In this document: in pieces, positions 42,901 to 55,769 of the stretch
Layout: each line of letters begins with the position of its first letter
Numbering within the stretch: the first letter of the stretch is position 1
Assembly (NCBI GenBank): GCA_964016885.1
Contig: OZ024744.1
Span: 10,292,001-10,356,000 of the forward strand
Source of the DNA: Eledone cirrhosa
Lineage: Eukaryota
Length of the DNA: 64,000 nt
Reading direction: 5' to 3'
Made by a program: the position numbers and the translations under genes
The notes under the pieces: generated by a model
Told to the model about the DNA's origin: nothing
What the model saw: the letters and a program-made list of their open reading frames with translations, nothing else
Database searches by the model: none

Positions 42901-44737
42901 TGTACTCCAATATGTTGTGTTGTACTCCAATATGTTGTGTTGTTGTACTCCAATATATCATGTTGTCGTACTCCAATATGTCATGTTATACTCCAATATG
43001 TCGTTGTTATACTCCAATATGTCATGTTGCTGTACTCCAATATGTCGTGTTGTTGTACTCCAATATGTTTTGATGTTGTACTCCAATATGTTGTGTTGTT
43101 GTACTCCAATATGTTGTGTTGTTATACTCCAATATGTTGTGCTGTTGTACTCCAATATGTCAGGTTGTTGTACTCCGATATTTCGTGTTGTTCTACTCCA
43201 ATATTTCATGTTGTTTTACTCCAATATGTCGTGGTGTTGTACTCCAATATGTTTTGATGTTGTACTCCAATATGTCGTGTTGTTGTACTCCAATATGTTG
43301 TGTTGTTCAACTCCAAAATGCTGTGTTGTTATACTCCTATATGTTGTGTTGTTGTACTCCAATATGTTGTGTTGTACTCCAATATGTTGTGTTGTTATAC
43401 TCCACAATGTTGTGTTGTTGTACTCCAATAGGTTGTGTTGTTGTACTCCAATATGTGATGTTGTTGTACTCCAATATGTCGTATTGTTGTACTCCAATAT
43501 GTTGTGTTGTTATACTCCAATATTTCGTGTTGTTTTACTCCAATATGTCATGTTGTTGTACTCCAATATCTCGTGTTGTTGTACTCCAATATGTAATGGT
43601 GTTCTACTTCAATATGTCGTATTGTTGTACTCCAATATGTTGTATTGTTGTTCTCCAATATGTCGTGTTGTTATACTCCAATATGTTATGATGTTGTACT
43701 CCAATATATTGTGTTGTTGTACTCCAATATGTTGTGTTGTTGTATTCAATACGCTGTGTTGTTGTACTCCAATATGTTGTGTTGTTGTACTCCAATATGT
43801 AGTTGTACTCCAATATGTTGTGTTGTTGTACTCCAATATGTTGTGTTGTTATACTCCAATATGTATTGTTGTTGTAATCCAATATGTTGTGTTGTACTCC
43901 AATATATAATGTTGTTGTACTCCAATATGTTGTGTTGTTGTACTCCGATATGTTGTGCTGTTGTACTCCAATATGTTGTGTTATTGTACTCCAATATGTT
44001 GTGTTGTTGTACTCCAATACGTTATGTTGTTGTACTCCAATATTTAGTGCTGTTATACTCCAATATGTTGTGTTGTTATACTCCAAAAAGTTGTGTTGTT
44101 TTACTCCAATATGTTGTGTTGTTATACTCCAGTATGTTGTGTTGTTGTACTCCAATATGTTGTGCTGTTGTACTCCAATATGTCAGGTTGTTGTACTCCG
44201 ATATTTCGTGTTGTTCTACTCCAATATTTCGTGTTGTTTTACTCCAATATGTCGTGGTGTTGTACTCCAATATGTTTTGATGTTGTACTCCAATATGTCG
44301 TGTTGTTGTACTCCAATATGTTGTGTTGTTGAACTCCAATATGCTGTGTTGTTATACTCCTAAATGTTGTGTTGTTGTACTCCAATATGTTGTGTTGTAC
44401 TCCAATATGTTGTGTTGTTACACTCCACAATGTTGTGTTGTTGTACTCCAAAATGTGATGTTGCTGTACTCCAATATGTCGTATTGTTGTACTCCAATAT
44501 GTTGTGTTGTTATACTCCAATATTTCGTGTTGTTTTACTCCAATGTCATGTTGTTGTACTCCAATATTTCGTGTTGTTGTACTCTAATATGTCATGTTGT
44601 TGTACTCCAATATTTCGTGTTGTTGTACTCCAATATGTCATGGTGTTGTACTTCAATATGTCGTATTGTTGTACTCCAGTATGTTATGATGTTGTACTCC
44701 AATATATTGTGTTGTTGTACTCCAATATGTTGTGTTG
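39974..44737 (+). repeat. Last complete long HOR unit (4764 bp) before the domain boundary
   Basis: Marker at 39974 and 44738. It retains the 115-bp block at ~43452-43566 that the 4649 and 3366 units lack. Confidence 0.88.
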
Positions 44738-45500
44738 TTATACTCCAATATGTTGTGTTATTTTACTCCAATATGTTGTGTTGTTGTACTCCAATATGTT
44801 GTGTTGTTGTACTCCAATATGTTGTGTTGTTGTAATCCAATATCTTGTGTTGTTGTACTCCAATATGTTGTGTTGTTGTTCTCCAATATGTTGTGTTGTT
44901 ATACTCCAATATGTTGTGTTGTGATACTCCAATATGTTGTGCTGTTGTACTCCAATATGTGTTGTTGTTGTACTCCAATATGTTGCGTTGCTGTACTCCA
45001 ATATATCATGTTGTCGTACTCCAATATGTCATGTTATACTCCAATATGTTTTGATGCTGTACTCCAATATGTCGTGTTGTTGTACTACAATATCTTGTGT
45101 TGTTGTACTCCAATATGTTGTTTTTTGTACTCCAATATGTCATGTTGTTGTACTCCAGTATGTCTTGTTATACTCCAATATGTCGTGCTGCTGTACTCCA
45201 ATATGTCATGATGTTGTACTCCAATATGTTTTGCTGTTGTACTCCAATATGTTGTGTTGCTGTACTCCAATATGTTGTGTTGTTGTACTCCAATATGTTG
45301 TGTTGTTGTAATCCAATATCTTGTGTTGTTATACTCCAATATGTTGTGTTGTTATACTCCAATATGTTGTGTTGTGATACTCCAATATGTTGTGCTGTTG
45401 TACTCCAATATGTTGAGTTGTTATACTCCAATATGTAGTGTTGTTATACTCCAATATGTTGTGTTGTTGTACTCCAATCTGTTGTGTTATACTCCAATAT

Positions 45501-47670
45501 GTTGTGTTGTTATACTCCAATATGTTGTGTTGTTATACTCCAATATGTTGTGTTGTTTTACTCCAATATGTTGTGTTGTTGTACTCCAATATGTTGTATT
45601 GTTGATCTCCAATAAGTTGTGTTCTTGTACTCCAATATATTGTGTTGTTTTACTCCAATATGTTGTGTTTTTGTAATCCAATATTTAATGTTGTTGTACT
45701 CCAATATGTCTTGTTATATTCCAATATGTCGTGTTGTTGTACTCCAATATGTCATGTTGTTGTACTCCAATATTTCTTGTTGTTGTACCCCAATATGTCG
45801 TGTTGATTATACTCCAATTTTTGTTGCTGTTGTACTCCAATATGTTGTGTTGTTGTACTCCAATATGTTGTGTTGTACTCCAATATGTTGTGTTGTTATT
45901 CTCCAATATGTTGTGCTGTTGTACTCCAATGTGTTATGTTGTTATACTCCAATATGTTGTGCTGTGATACTCCAATATGTTGTGTTGTTGTACTCCAATC
46001 TGTTGTGTTGTTATACTCCAATATGTTGTGTTGTTATACTCCAATATGTTATGTTGTTTTACTCCAATATGTTGTGTTGTTGTACTCCAATATGTTGTGT
46101 TGTTGTACTCCAATATGTTGTGTTGTTGTAATCCAATATCTTGTGTTGTTATACTCCAATATGTTGTGTTGTTGTACTCCAATATGTTGTGTTGTTGTTC
46201 TCCAATATGTCGTGTTGTTATACTCCAATATGTTGTTATGATACTCCAATATGTTGTGCTGTTGTACTCCAATATGTTGTGTTGTTATACTCCAAGATGT
46301 AGTGTTGTTATACTCCAATATGTTGTGTTGTTGTACTCCAATATGTTGTGTTGTTATACTCCAATATGTTGTGTTGTTATACTCCAATATGTAGTGTTGT
46401 TATACTCCAATATGTTGAGTTGTTGTACTCCAATCTGTTGTGTTGTTATACTCCAATATGTTGTGTTGTTATACCCCAATATGATGTGTTGTTTTACTCC
46501 AATATGTTGTGTTGTCATACTCCAATATGTTGTGTTGTTGTACTCCAATATGTTGTGCTGCTGTACTCCAATATATTGTGTTATACTCCAATATGTTGTG
46601 TTGTTGTACTCCAATATGTTGTGTTGTTGTAATCCAAAATGTTGTGTTGTTATACTCCAATATGTTGTGTTGTAATACTCCAATATGTTGTGCTCCAATA
46701 TGTTGTGTTATACTCCAATGTGTTGTGTTCTTGTACTCCAATATGAAGTGTTGTAATACTCCAATATGTAGTGCTGTTGTTATACTCCAATATGTTGTGT
46801 TATAATCCAATGTGTTGTGTTGTTGTACTCCAATCTGTTGTGTTGTTATACTCCAATATGTTGTGTTGTTATACTGCAATAAGTTGTGTTGTTATACTCC
46901 AATATGTTGTGTTGTTATACTCCAAGATGTTGTGCTGTGATACTCTAATATGTTGTGTTTTTGTACTCCAATATGTTGTGTTGTTGTACTCCAATATGTT
47001 GTGTTGTTGTAATCCAATATCTTGTGCTGTTATACTCCAATATGTTGTGTTGTTGTACTCCAATATGTTGTGTTGTTATACTCCAATATGTTGTGTTGTG
47101 ATACTCCAAAGTGTTGTGCTGTTGTACTCCAATATGTTGTGTTGTTTTACTCCAATAGGTTGCGTTGTTGTACTCCAATCTGTTGTGTTGTTATACTCCA
47201 ATATGTTGTGTTGTTATACTCCAATATGTTGTGTTGTTGTACTCCAATATGTTGTGTTGTTGTACTCCAATATGTTGTGTTGTTGTAATCCAATATCTTG
47301 TGTTGTTATACTCCAATATGTTGTGTTGTTGTACTCCAATATGTTGTGTTGTTGTACTCCAATATGTTGTATTGTTGTTCTCCAATATGTCATGTTATAC
47401 TCCAATATGTTGTGTTCGTGTACTCCAATATTTTGTGATATTGTACGCCAATATGTTGTGTTGTTGTACTCCAATATGTTGTGTTGTTATACTCCAATAT
47501 GTTGTGTTGTTGTACTCCAATATGTTGTTGTACTCCAACATGTTGTGTTGTTGTACTCCAATATGTAGTGTTGTTGTAATCCAATATGTTGTGTTGTTGT
47601 ACTCCAATATGTTGTGTTGTTGTACTCCAATATGTTGTGCTGTTGTACTCCAATATGTTGTGTTGTTATA
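45501..47670 (+). repeat. Transition zone: same monomer, variant order not repeated in full elsewhere in the window
   Basis: The domain 1 pattern (ATTTTGTG...ACTGCAAT) is lost at 45501. New variants appear (GTTGATCTCCAATAAG ~45601, GATATTGTACGCC ~47437, CCAACATG ~47535). Part of it (~46470-47220) matches ~51495-52245 and the long unit at ~3780-4480. Confidence 0.8.
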
Positions 47671-50600
47671 CTCCAATATGTTGTGTTATATTACTCCAAT
47701 ATGTTGTGTTGTTGTACTCCAATATGTTGTGTTGTTGTACTCCAATATGTTGTGTTGTTGTAATCCAATATCTTGTGTTGTTATACTCCAATATGTTGTG
47801 TTGTTGTACTCCAATATGTTGTGTTGTTGTTCTCCAATATGTTGTGTTGTTATACTCCAATATGTTGTGTTGTGATATTCCAATATGTTGTGCTGTTGTA
47901 CTCCAATATTTTGAGTTGTTATACTCCAATATGTAGTGTTGTTATACGCCAATATGTTGTGTTGTTGTACTCCAATCTGTTGTGTTATACTCCAATATGT
48001 TGTGTTGTTATACTCCAATATGTTGTGTTGTTATACTCCAATATGTTGTGTTGTTTTACTCCAATATGTTGTGCTGTTGAACTCCAATATGTTGTATTGT
48101 TAATCTCCAATATGTCATGTTATACTCCAATAAGTTGTGTTCTTTTACTCCAATATGGTTTGTTGTTGTACTCCAATATGTTGTGTTGTCGTACTCCAAT
48201 ATGTCATGTTATACTCCAATATGTCGTTGTTATACTCCAATATGTCATGTTGTTGTACTACAATATGTCGTGTTGTTGTACTCCAATATGTTTTGATGCT
48301 GTACTCCAATATGTTGTGTTGTTGTACTCCAATATGTTGTGTTGTTATACTCCAATATGTTGTGCTGTTGTACTCCAATATGTCATGTTGTTGTCCTCCG
48401 ATATTTCGTGTTATTGTACTCCAATATTTCGTGTTGTTGTACTCCAATATGTTGTGTTTTTGTACTCCAATATGTTTTGATGTTGTACTCCAATATGTTG
48501 TGTTGTTGTACTCCAATATGTTGTGTTGTTATACTCCAATATGCTGTGTTGTTATACTCCTATATGTTGTGCTGTTGTACTCCAATATGTTGTTTTGTTA
48601 TACTCCAATATGTTGTGTTGTTGTACTCCAATATGTTGTGTTGTTGTACTCCAATATGTGATGTTGTTGTACTCCAATATGTCGTGATGTTGTACTCCAA
48701 TATGTTGTGTTGTTATACTCCAATATTTCGTGTTGTTTTACTCCAATATGTCATGTTGTTGTACTCCAATATTTCGTGTTGCTGTATTCCAATATGTCAT
48801 GGTGTTGTACTTCAATATGTCGTATTGTTGTACTCCAATATGTTGTGTTGTTGTTCTCCAATATGTCGTGTTGTTATACTCCAATATGTTATGATGTTGG
48901 ACTCCAATATATTGTGTTGTTGTACTCCAATATGTTGTGTTTTTGTAATCCAATATGTAATGTTGTTATACTCCAATATGTCTTGTTATAGTCCAATATG
49001 TCGTGTTGTTGTACTCCAATATGTCATGTTGTTGTACTCCAATATTTCGTGTTGTTGTACCCCAATATGTCGTGATGATTATACTCCAATTTTTGTTGCT
49101 GTTGTACTTCAATATGTTGTGTTGTTGTACTCCAATATGTTGTGTTGTTATTCTCCAATATGTTGTGCTGTTGTACTCCAATATGTTGTGTTGTTATACT
49201 CCAATATGTTGTGTTGTTATACTCCAATATGTTGTGTTGTTTTACTCCAATATGTTTTGTTGTTGTACTCCAATATGTTGTGTTGTTGTACTCCAATATG
49301 TTGTGTTGTAATCCAATATCTTGTGTTGTTATACTCCAATATGTTGTGTTGTTGTACTCCAATATGTTGTGTTGTTGTTCTCCAATATGTCGTGTTGTTA
49401 TACTCCAATATGTTGTGTTATGATACTCCAATATGTTGTGCTGTTGTACTCCAATATGTTGTGTTGTTATACTCCAATATGTAGTTTTGTTATACTCCAA
49501 TATGTTTTGTTTTTGTACTCCAATCTGTTGTGTTGTTATACTCCAATATGTTGTGTTGTTATACTCCAATATGTTGTGTTGTTTTACTCCAATATGTTGT
49601 GTTGTTGTACTCCAATATGTTGTGTTGTTGTACTCCAATATATCATGTTGTCGTACTCCAATATGTCATGTTATACTCCAATATGTCGTTGTTATACTCC
49701 AATATGTCATGATGTTGTACTCCAATATGTCGTGTTCTTGTGCTCCAATATGTCGTGTTGTCGTACTCCAATATGTTGTGTTGTTGTACTCCAATATGTT
49801 GTGTTGTTGTACTCCAATATGTTGTGTTGTTATACTCCAATATGTTGTGCTGTTGTACTCCAATATTTCGTGTTGTTGTACTCCAATACATCGTGTTGTA
49901 CTCCAATATGTTGTGTTGTTGTTGTACTCCAATATGTTTTGATGTTGTACTCCAATATGTTGTGTTGTTGTACTCCAATATGTTGTGTAGTCATACTCCA
50001 ATACGTTGTGTTGTTGTACTCCAATATGATGTGATGTTGTACTCCAATATGATGTGCTGTTGTACTCCAATGCGTTGTGTTGTTGTACTCCAATGTGTTG
50101 TGTTGTTACACTCCAATATTTTGTGCTGTTGTACTCCAAATCTCGTGTTGTTATACTCCAATGTGTTGTGTTGTTATACTCCAATATGGTGTGTTGTTGT
50201 ACTCCAATATGTTGTATTATTTTTCTCCAATATGCCATGTTATACTCCAATATGTTGTGTTCGTGTACTCCAATATGTTGTGTTATTGTACTCCAATATG
50301 TTGCGTTGTTGTACTCCAATATGTTGTGTTGTTATACTCCAATATGTTGTGTTGTTGTACTCCTATATGTTGTCTTGTTGTACTCCAAAAGGTCATATTA
50401 TTGTACTCCAATATGTATTGTTATACTCCAATATGTCGTGTGTCTGTACTCCAATATGTCATTTTGTTGTACTCCAATATGTCTTGTTATAGTCCAATAT
50501 GTCGTGTTGTTGTACTCCAATATGTCATGTAGTTGTACTCCAATATTTCGTGTTGTTGTACCCCAATATGTCGTGTTGTTTATACTCCAATATGTTTTGC

Positions 50601-53600
50601 TGTTGTACTCCAATATGTTGTGTTGCTGTACTCCAATATGTTGTGTTGTTGTACTCCAATATGTTGTGTTGTTGTAATCCAATATCTTGTGTTGTTATAC
50701 TCCAATATGTTGTGTTGTTATACTCCAATATGTTGTGTTGTGATACTCCAATATGTTGTGCTGTTGTACTCCAATATGTTGAGTTGTTATACTCCAATAT
50801 GTAGTGTTGTTATACTCCAATATGTTGTGTTGTTGTACTCCAATCTGTTGTGTTATACTCCAATATGTTGTGTTGTTATACTCCAATATGTTGTGTTGTT
50901 GTACTCCAATATGTTGTGTTGTTGTACTCCAATATGTTGTGTTGTTATTCTCCAATATGTTGTGCTGTTGTACTCCAATGTGTTATGTTGTTATACTCCA
51001 ATATGTTGTGCTGTGATACTCCAATATGTTGTGTTGTTGTACTCCAATCTGTTGTGTTATACTCCAATATGTTGTGTTGTTATACTCCAATATGTTATGT
51101 TGTTTTACTCCAATAAGTTGTGTTGTTGTACTCCAATATGTTGTGTTGTTGTACTCCAATATGTTGTGTTGTTGTAATCCAATATGTTGTGTTGTTATAC
51201 TCCAATATGCTGTGTTGTTGTTCTCCAATATGTCGTGTTGTTATACTCCAATATGTTGTGTTATGATACTCCAATATGTTGTGCTGTTGTACTCCAATAT
51301 GTTGTGTTGTTATACTCCAATATGTAGTGTTGTTATACTCCAATATGTTGTGTTGTTGTACTCCAATCTGTTGTGTTGTTATACTCCAATATGTTGTGTT
51401 GTTATACTCCAATATGTAGTGATGTTATACTCCAATATGTTGTGTTGTTGTACTCCAATCTGTTGTGTTGTTATACTCCAATATGTTGTGTTGTTATACT
51501 CCAATATGTTGTGTTGTTTTACTCCAATATGTTGTGTTGCTGTACTCCAATATGTTGTGTTGTTGTACTCCAATATGTTGTGCTGCTATACTCCAATATA
51601 TTGTGTTATACTCCAATATGTTGTGTTGTTGTACTCCAATATGTTGTGTTGTTGTAATCCAAAATGTTGTGTTGTTATACTCCAATATGTTGTGTTGTAA
51701 TACTCCAATATGTTGTGCTCCAATATGTTGTGTTATACTCCAATGTGTTGTGTTCTTGTACTCCAATATGAAGTGTTGTAATACTCCAATATGTAGTGCT
51801 GTTGTTATACTCCAATATGTTGTGTTATAATCCAATGTGTTGTGTTGTTGTACTCCAATCTGTTGTGTTGTTATACTCCAATCTGTTGTGTTGTTATACT
51901 GCAATATGTTGTGTTGTTATACTCCAATATGTTGTGTTGTTATACTCCAAGATGTTGTGCTGTGATACTCTAATATGTTGTGTTTTTGTACTCCAATATG
52001 TTGTGTTGTTGTACTCCAATATGTTGTGTTGTTGTAATCCAATATCTTGTGCTGTTATACTCCAATATGTTGTGTTGTTGTACTCCAATATGTTGTGTTG
52101 TTATACTCCAATATGTTGTGTTGTGATACTCCAAAGTGTTGTGCTGTTGTACTCCAATATGTTGTGTTGTTTTACTCCAATAGGTTGCGTTGTTGTACTC
52201 CAATCTGTTGTGTTGTTATACTCCAATATGTTGTGTTGTTATACTCCAATATGGTGTGTTGTTTTACTCCAATATGTTGTGTTGTTGTAATCCAATATGT
52301 TTGTGTTGTTTTACTCCAATATGTTGTGTTGTTATACTCAAATATGTTGTGTTGTTGTACTCCAATATGGTGTGTTGTTGTACTCCAATATGTTGTGTTG
52401 TTGTACTCCAATATGTTGTGTTGTTATACTCCAAATCTCGTGTTGTTATACTCCAATGTGTTGTGTTGTTATACTCCAATATGTTGTGTTGTTGTACTCC
52501 AATATGTTGTGTTGTTGTACTCCAATATGTTGTGTTGTTGTACTCCAATATGTTGTGTTGTTGTACTCCAATATGTGATGTTGTTGTACTCCAATATGTC
52601 GTGATGTTGTACTCCAATATGTTGTGTTGTTATACTCCAATATTTCGTGTTGTTTTACTCCAATATGTCATGGTGTTGTACTCCAATATTTCGTGTGGCT
52701 GTATTCCAATATGTCATGGTGTTGTACTTCAATATGTCGTATTGTTGTACTCCAATATGTTGTGTTGTTGTTCTCCAATATGTCGTGTTGTTATACTCCA
52801 ATATGTTATGATGTTGGACTCCAATATATTGTGTTGTTGTACTCCAATATGTTGTGTTTTTGTAATCCAATATGTAATGTTGTTGTACTCCAATATGTCT
52901 TGTTATAGTCCAATATGTCGTGTTGTTGTACTCCAATATGTCATGTTGTTGTACTCCAATATTTCGTGTTGTTGTACCCCAATATGTCGTGTTGATTATA
53001 CTCCAATTTTTGTTGCTATTGTACTCCAATATGTTGTGTTGTTGTACTCCAATCTGTTGTGTCGTTATTCTCCAATATGTTGTGCTGTTGTACTCCAATG
53101 TGTTATGTTGTTATACTCCAATATGTTGTGCTGTGATATTCCAATATATTGTGTTGTTGTACTCCAATCTGTTGTGTTGTTATACTCCAATATGTTGTGT
53201 TGTTATACTCCAATATGTTGTGTTGTTTTACTCCAATATGTTGTGTTGTTGTACTCCAATATGTTGTGTTGTTGTAATCCAATATCTTGTGTTGTTATAC
53301 TCCAATATGTTGTGTTGTTGTACTCCAATATGTTGTGTTGTTGTTCTCCAATATGTCGTGTTGTTATACTCCAATATGTTGTGTTATGATACTCCAATAT
53401 GTTGTGCTGTTGTACTCCAATATTTTGTGTTGTTATACTCCAATATGTAGTGTTGTTATACTCCAATATGTTGTGTTGTTGTACTCCAATCTGTTGTGTT
53501 GTTATACTCCAATATGTTGTGTTGTTATACTCCAATATGTTGTGTTGTTTTACTCCAATATGTTGTGTTGTTGTACTCCAATATGTTGTATTGTTGTTCT

Positions 53601-55545
53601 CCAATATGTCATGTTATACTCCAATAAGTTGTGTTCTTGTACTCCAATATGTTGTGTTGTTGTACTCCAATATGTTGTGTTGTTCTACTCCAATATATCA
53701 TGTTGTCGTACTCCAATATATCATGTTATACTCCAATGTGTCGTTGTTATACTCCAATATGTCATGATGTTGTACTCCAATATGTCGTGTTCTTGTACTC
53801 CAATATGTCGTGTTGTCGTACTCCAATATATTGTGTTGTTGTACTCCAATATGTTGTGTTGTTGTACTCCAATATGTTGTGTTGTTATACTCCAATATGT
53901 TGTGTTGTTATACTCCCAAAAGTTGTGTTGTTTTACTCCAATATGTTGTGTTGTTATACTCCAGTATGTTGTGTTGAGGTACTCCAATATGTTGTGATGT
54001 TGTACTCCAAAATGTTGTGTTGTTGTACTCCAATATGTTGTGTTGTTGTACTCCAATACGTTGTGTTGTTGTACTCCAATATTTTGTGCTGTTATACTCC
54101 AATATGTTGTGTTGTTATACTCCAAAAAGTTGTGTTGTTTTACTCCAATATGTTGTGTTGTTATACTCCAGTATGTTGTGTTGTTGTACTCCAATATGTT
54201 GTGTTGTTGTACTCCAATCTGTTGTGTTGTTATACTCCAATATGTTGTGTTGTTATACTCCAATATGTTGTGTTGTTTTACTCCAATATGTTGTGTTTTG
54301 TACTCCAATATGTTGTGTTATTGTACTCCAATATGTTGTGTTGTTATACTCCAATACGCTGTGCTGTTGTACTCCAATATGTTATGTTATACTCCAATAT
54401 GTTGTGTTGTTGTACTCCAATATATCATGTTGTCGTACTCCAATATGTCATGTTATACTCCAATATGTCGTTGTTATACTCCAATATGTCGTGTTGCTGT
54501 ACTCCAATATGCCGCGCTGTTGTACTCCAATATGTTTTGATGTTGTACTCCAATATGTTGTGTTGTTGTACTCCAATATGTTGTGTTGTTGTACTCCAAT
54601 ATGTTGTGTTGTTATACTCCAATATGTTGTGCTGTTGTACTCCAATATGTCAGGTTGTTGTACTCCGATATTTCGTGTTGTTCTACTCCAATATTTCGTG
54701 TTGTTTTACTCCAATACGTCGTGGTGTTGTACTCCAATATGTTTTGATGTTGTACTCCAATATGTCGTGTTGTTGTACTCCAATATGTTGTGTTGTTGAA
54801 CTCCAATATGCTGTGTTGTTATACTCCTAAATGTTGTGTTGTTGTACTCCAATATGTTGTGTTGTACTCCAATATGTTGTGTTGTTACACTCCACAATGT
54901 TGTGTTGTTGTACTCCAAAATGTGATGTTGTTGTACTCCAATATGTCGTATTGTTGTACTCCAATATGTTGTGTTGTTATACTCCAATATTTCGTGTTAT
55001 TTTACACCAATATGTCATGTTGTTGTACTCCAATATTTCGTGTTGTTGTACTCCAATATGTCATGGTGTTGTACTTCAATATGTCGTATTGTTGTACTCC
55101 AGTATGTTGTGTTGTTGTTCTCCAATATGTCGTGTTGTTATACTCCAATATGTTATGATGTTGTACTCCAATATATTGTGTTGTTGTACTCCAATATGTT
55201 GTGTTGTTATACTCCAATATGTTGTGTTATTTTACTCCAATATGTTGTGTTGTTGTACTCCAATATGTTGTGTTGTTGTACTCCAATATGTTGTGTTGTT
55301 GTAATCCAATATCTTGTGTTGTTGTACTCCAATATGTTGTGTTGTTGTTCTCCAATATGTTGTGTTGTTATACTCCAATATGTTGTGTTGTGATACTCCA
55401 ATATGTTGTGCTGTTGTACTCCAATATGTGTTGTTGTTGTACTCCAATATGTTGCGTTGTTGTACTCCAATATATCATGTTGTCGTACTCCAATATGTCA
55501 TGTTATACTCCAATATGTTTTGATGCTGTACTCCAATATGTTGTG
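47670..55545 (+). repeat. Domain 2, ~8.1 kb HOR/tandem duplication, copy A
   Basis: Marker ORF offsets to copy B: 47773/55863 (8090), 49321/57480 (8159), 51373/59535 (8162), 53287/61403 (8116), 53698/61748 (8050), 55201/63271 (8070). Confidence 0.9.
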
Positions 55546-55769
55546 TTGTTGTACTCCAATATGTTGTGTTGTTATACTCCAATATTTCGTGTTATTTTAC
55601 ACCAATATGTCATGTTGTTGTACTCCAATATTTCGTGTTGTTGTACTCCAATATGTCATGGTGTTGTACTTCAATATGTCGTATTGTTGTACTCCAGTAT
55701 GTTGTGTTGTTGTTCTCCAATATGTCGTGTTGTTATACTCCAATATGTTATGATGTTGTACTCCAATAT
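55546..55769 (+). repeat. ~220-bp junction insert duplicated from 54951-55174
   Basis: The rare variant TTTTACACCAA occurs at ~55000 and ~55595 (offset 595), followed by the same series of variant monomers. The insert sits between copy A and copy B. Confidence 0.8.

Larger units (their letters stand above)
1..45500 (+). repeat. Domain 1: homogeneous higher-order repeat array (long unit 4764 bp, about 210 monomers; variants 4784, 4761, 4649, 3366, 2915 bp)
   Basis: An identical marker (87-aa minus-strand ORF MEYSNATYW...) starts at 2071, 6720, 9635, 14399, 19048, 22414, 27198, 31847, 35213, 39974 and 44738. Spacings are 4649, 2915, 4764, 4649, 3366, 4784, 4649, 3366, 4761, 4764. Rare variant monomers (CCAAAAAG, GTTGAGTT, CTACAAT) recur in the same order. 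Confidence 0.95.

Noticed and set aside
54505-54525. GC-rich GCCGCGCTG motif (also ~62581) as a possible inserted element
   Set aside because: It aligns without gaps to the monomer tail (GTTGTGTTG with T>C changes), so it is only a diverged monomer.
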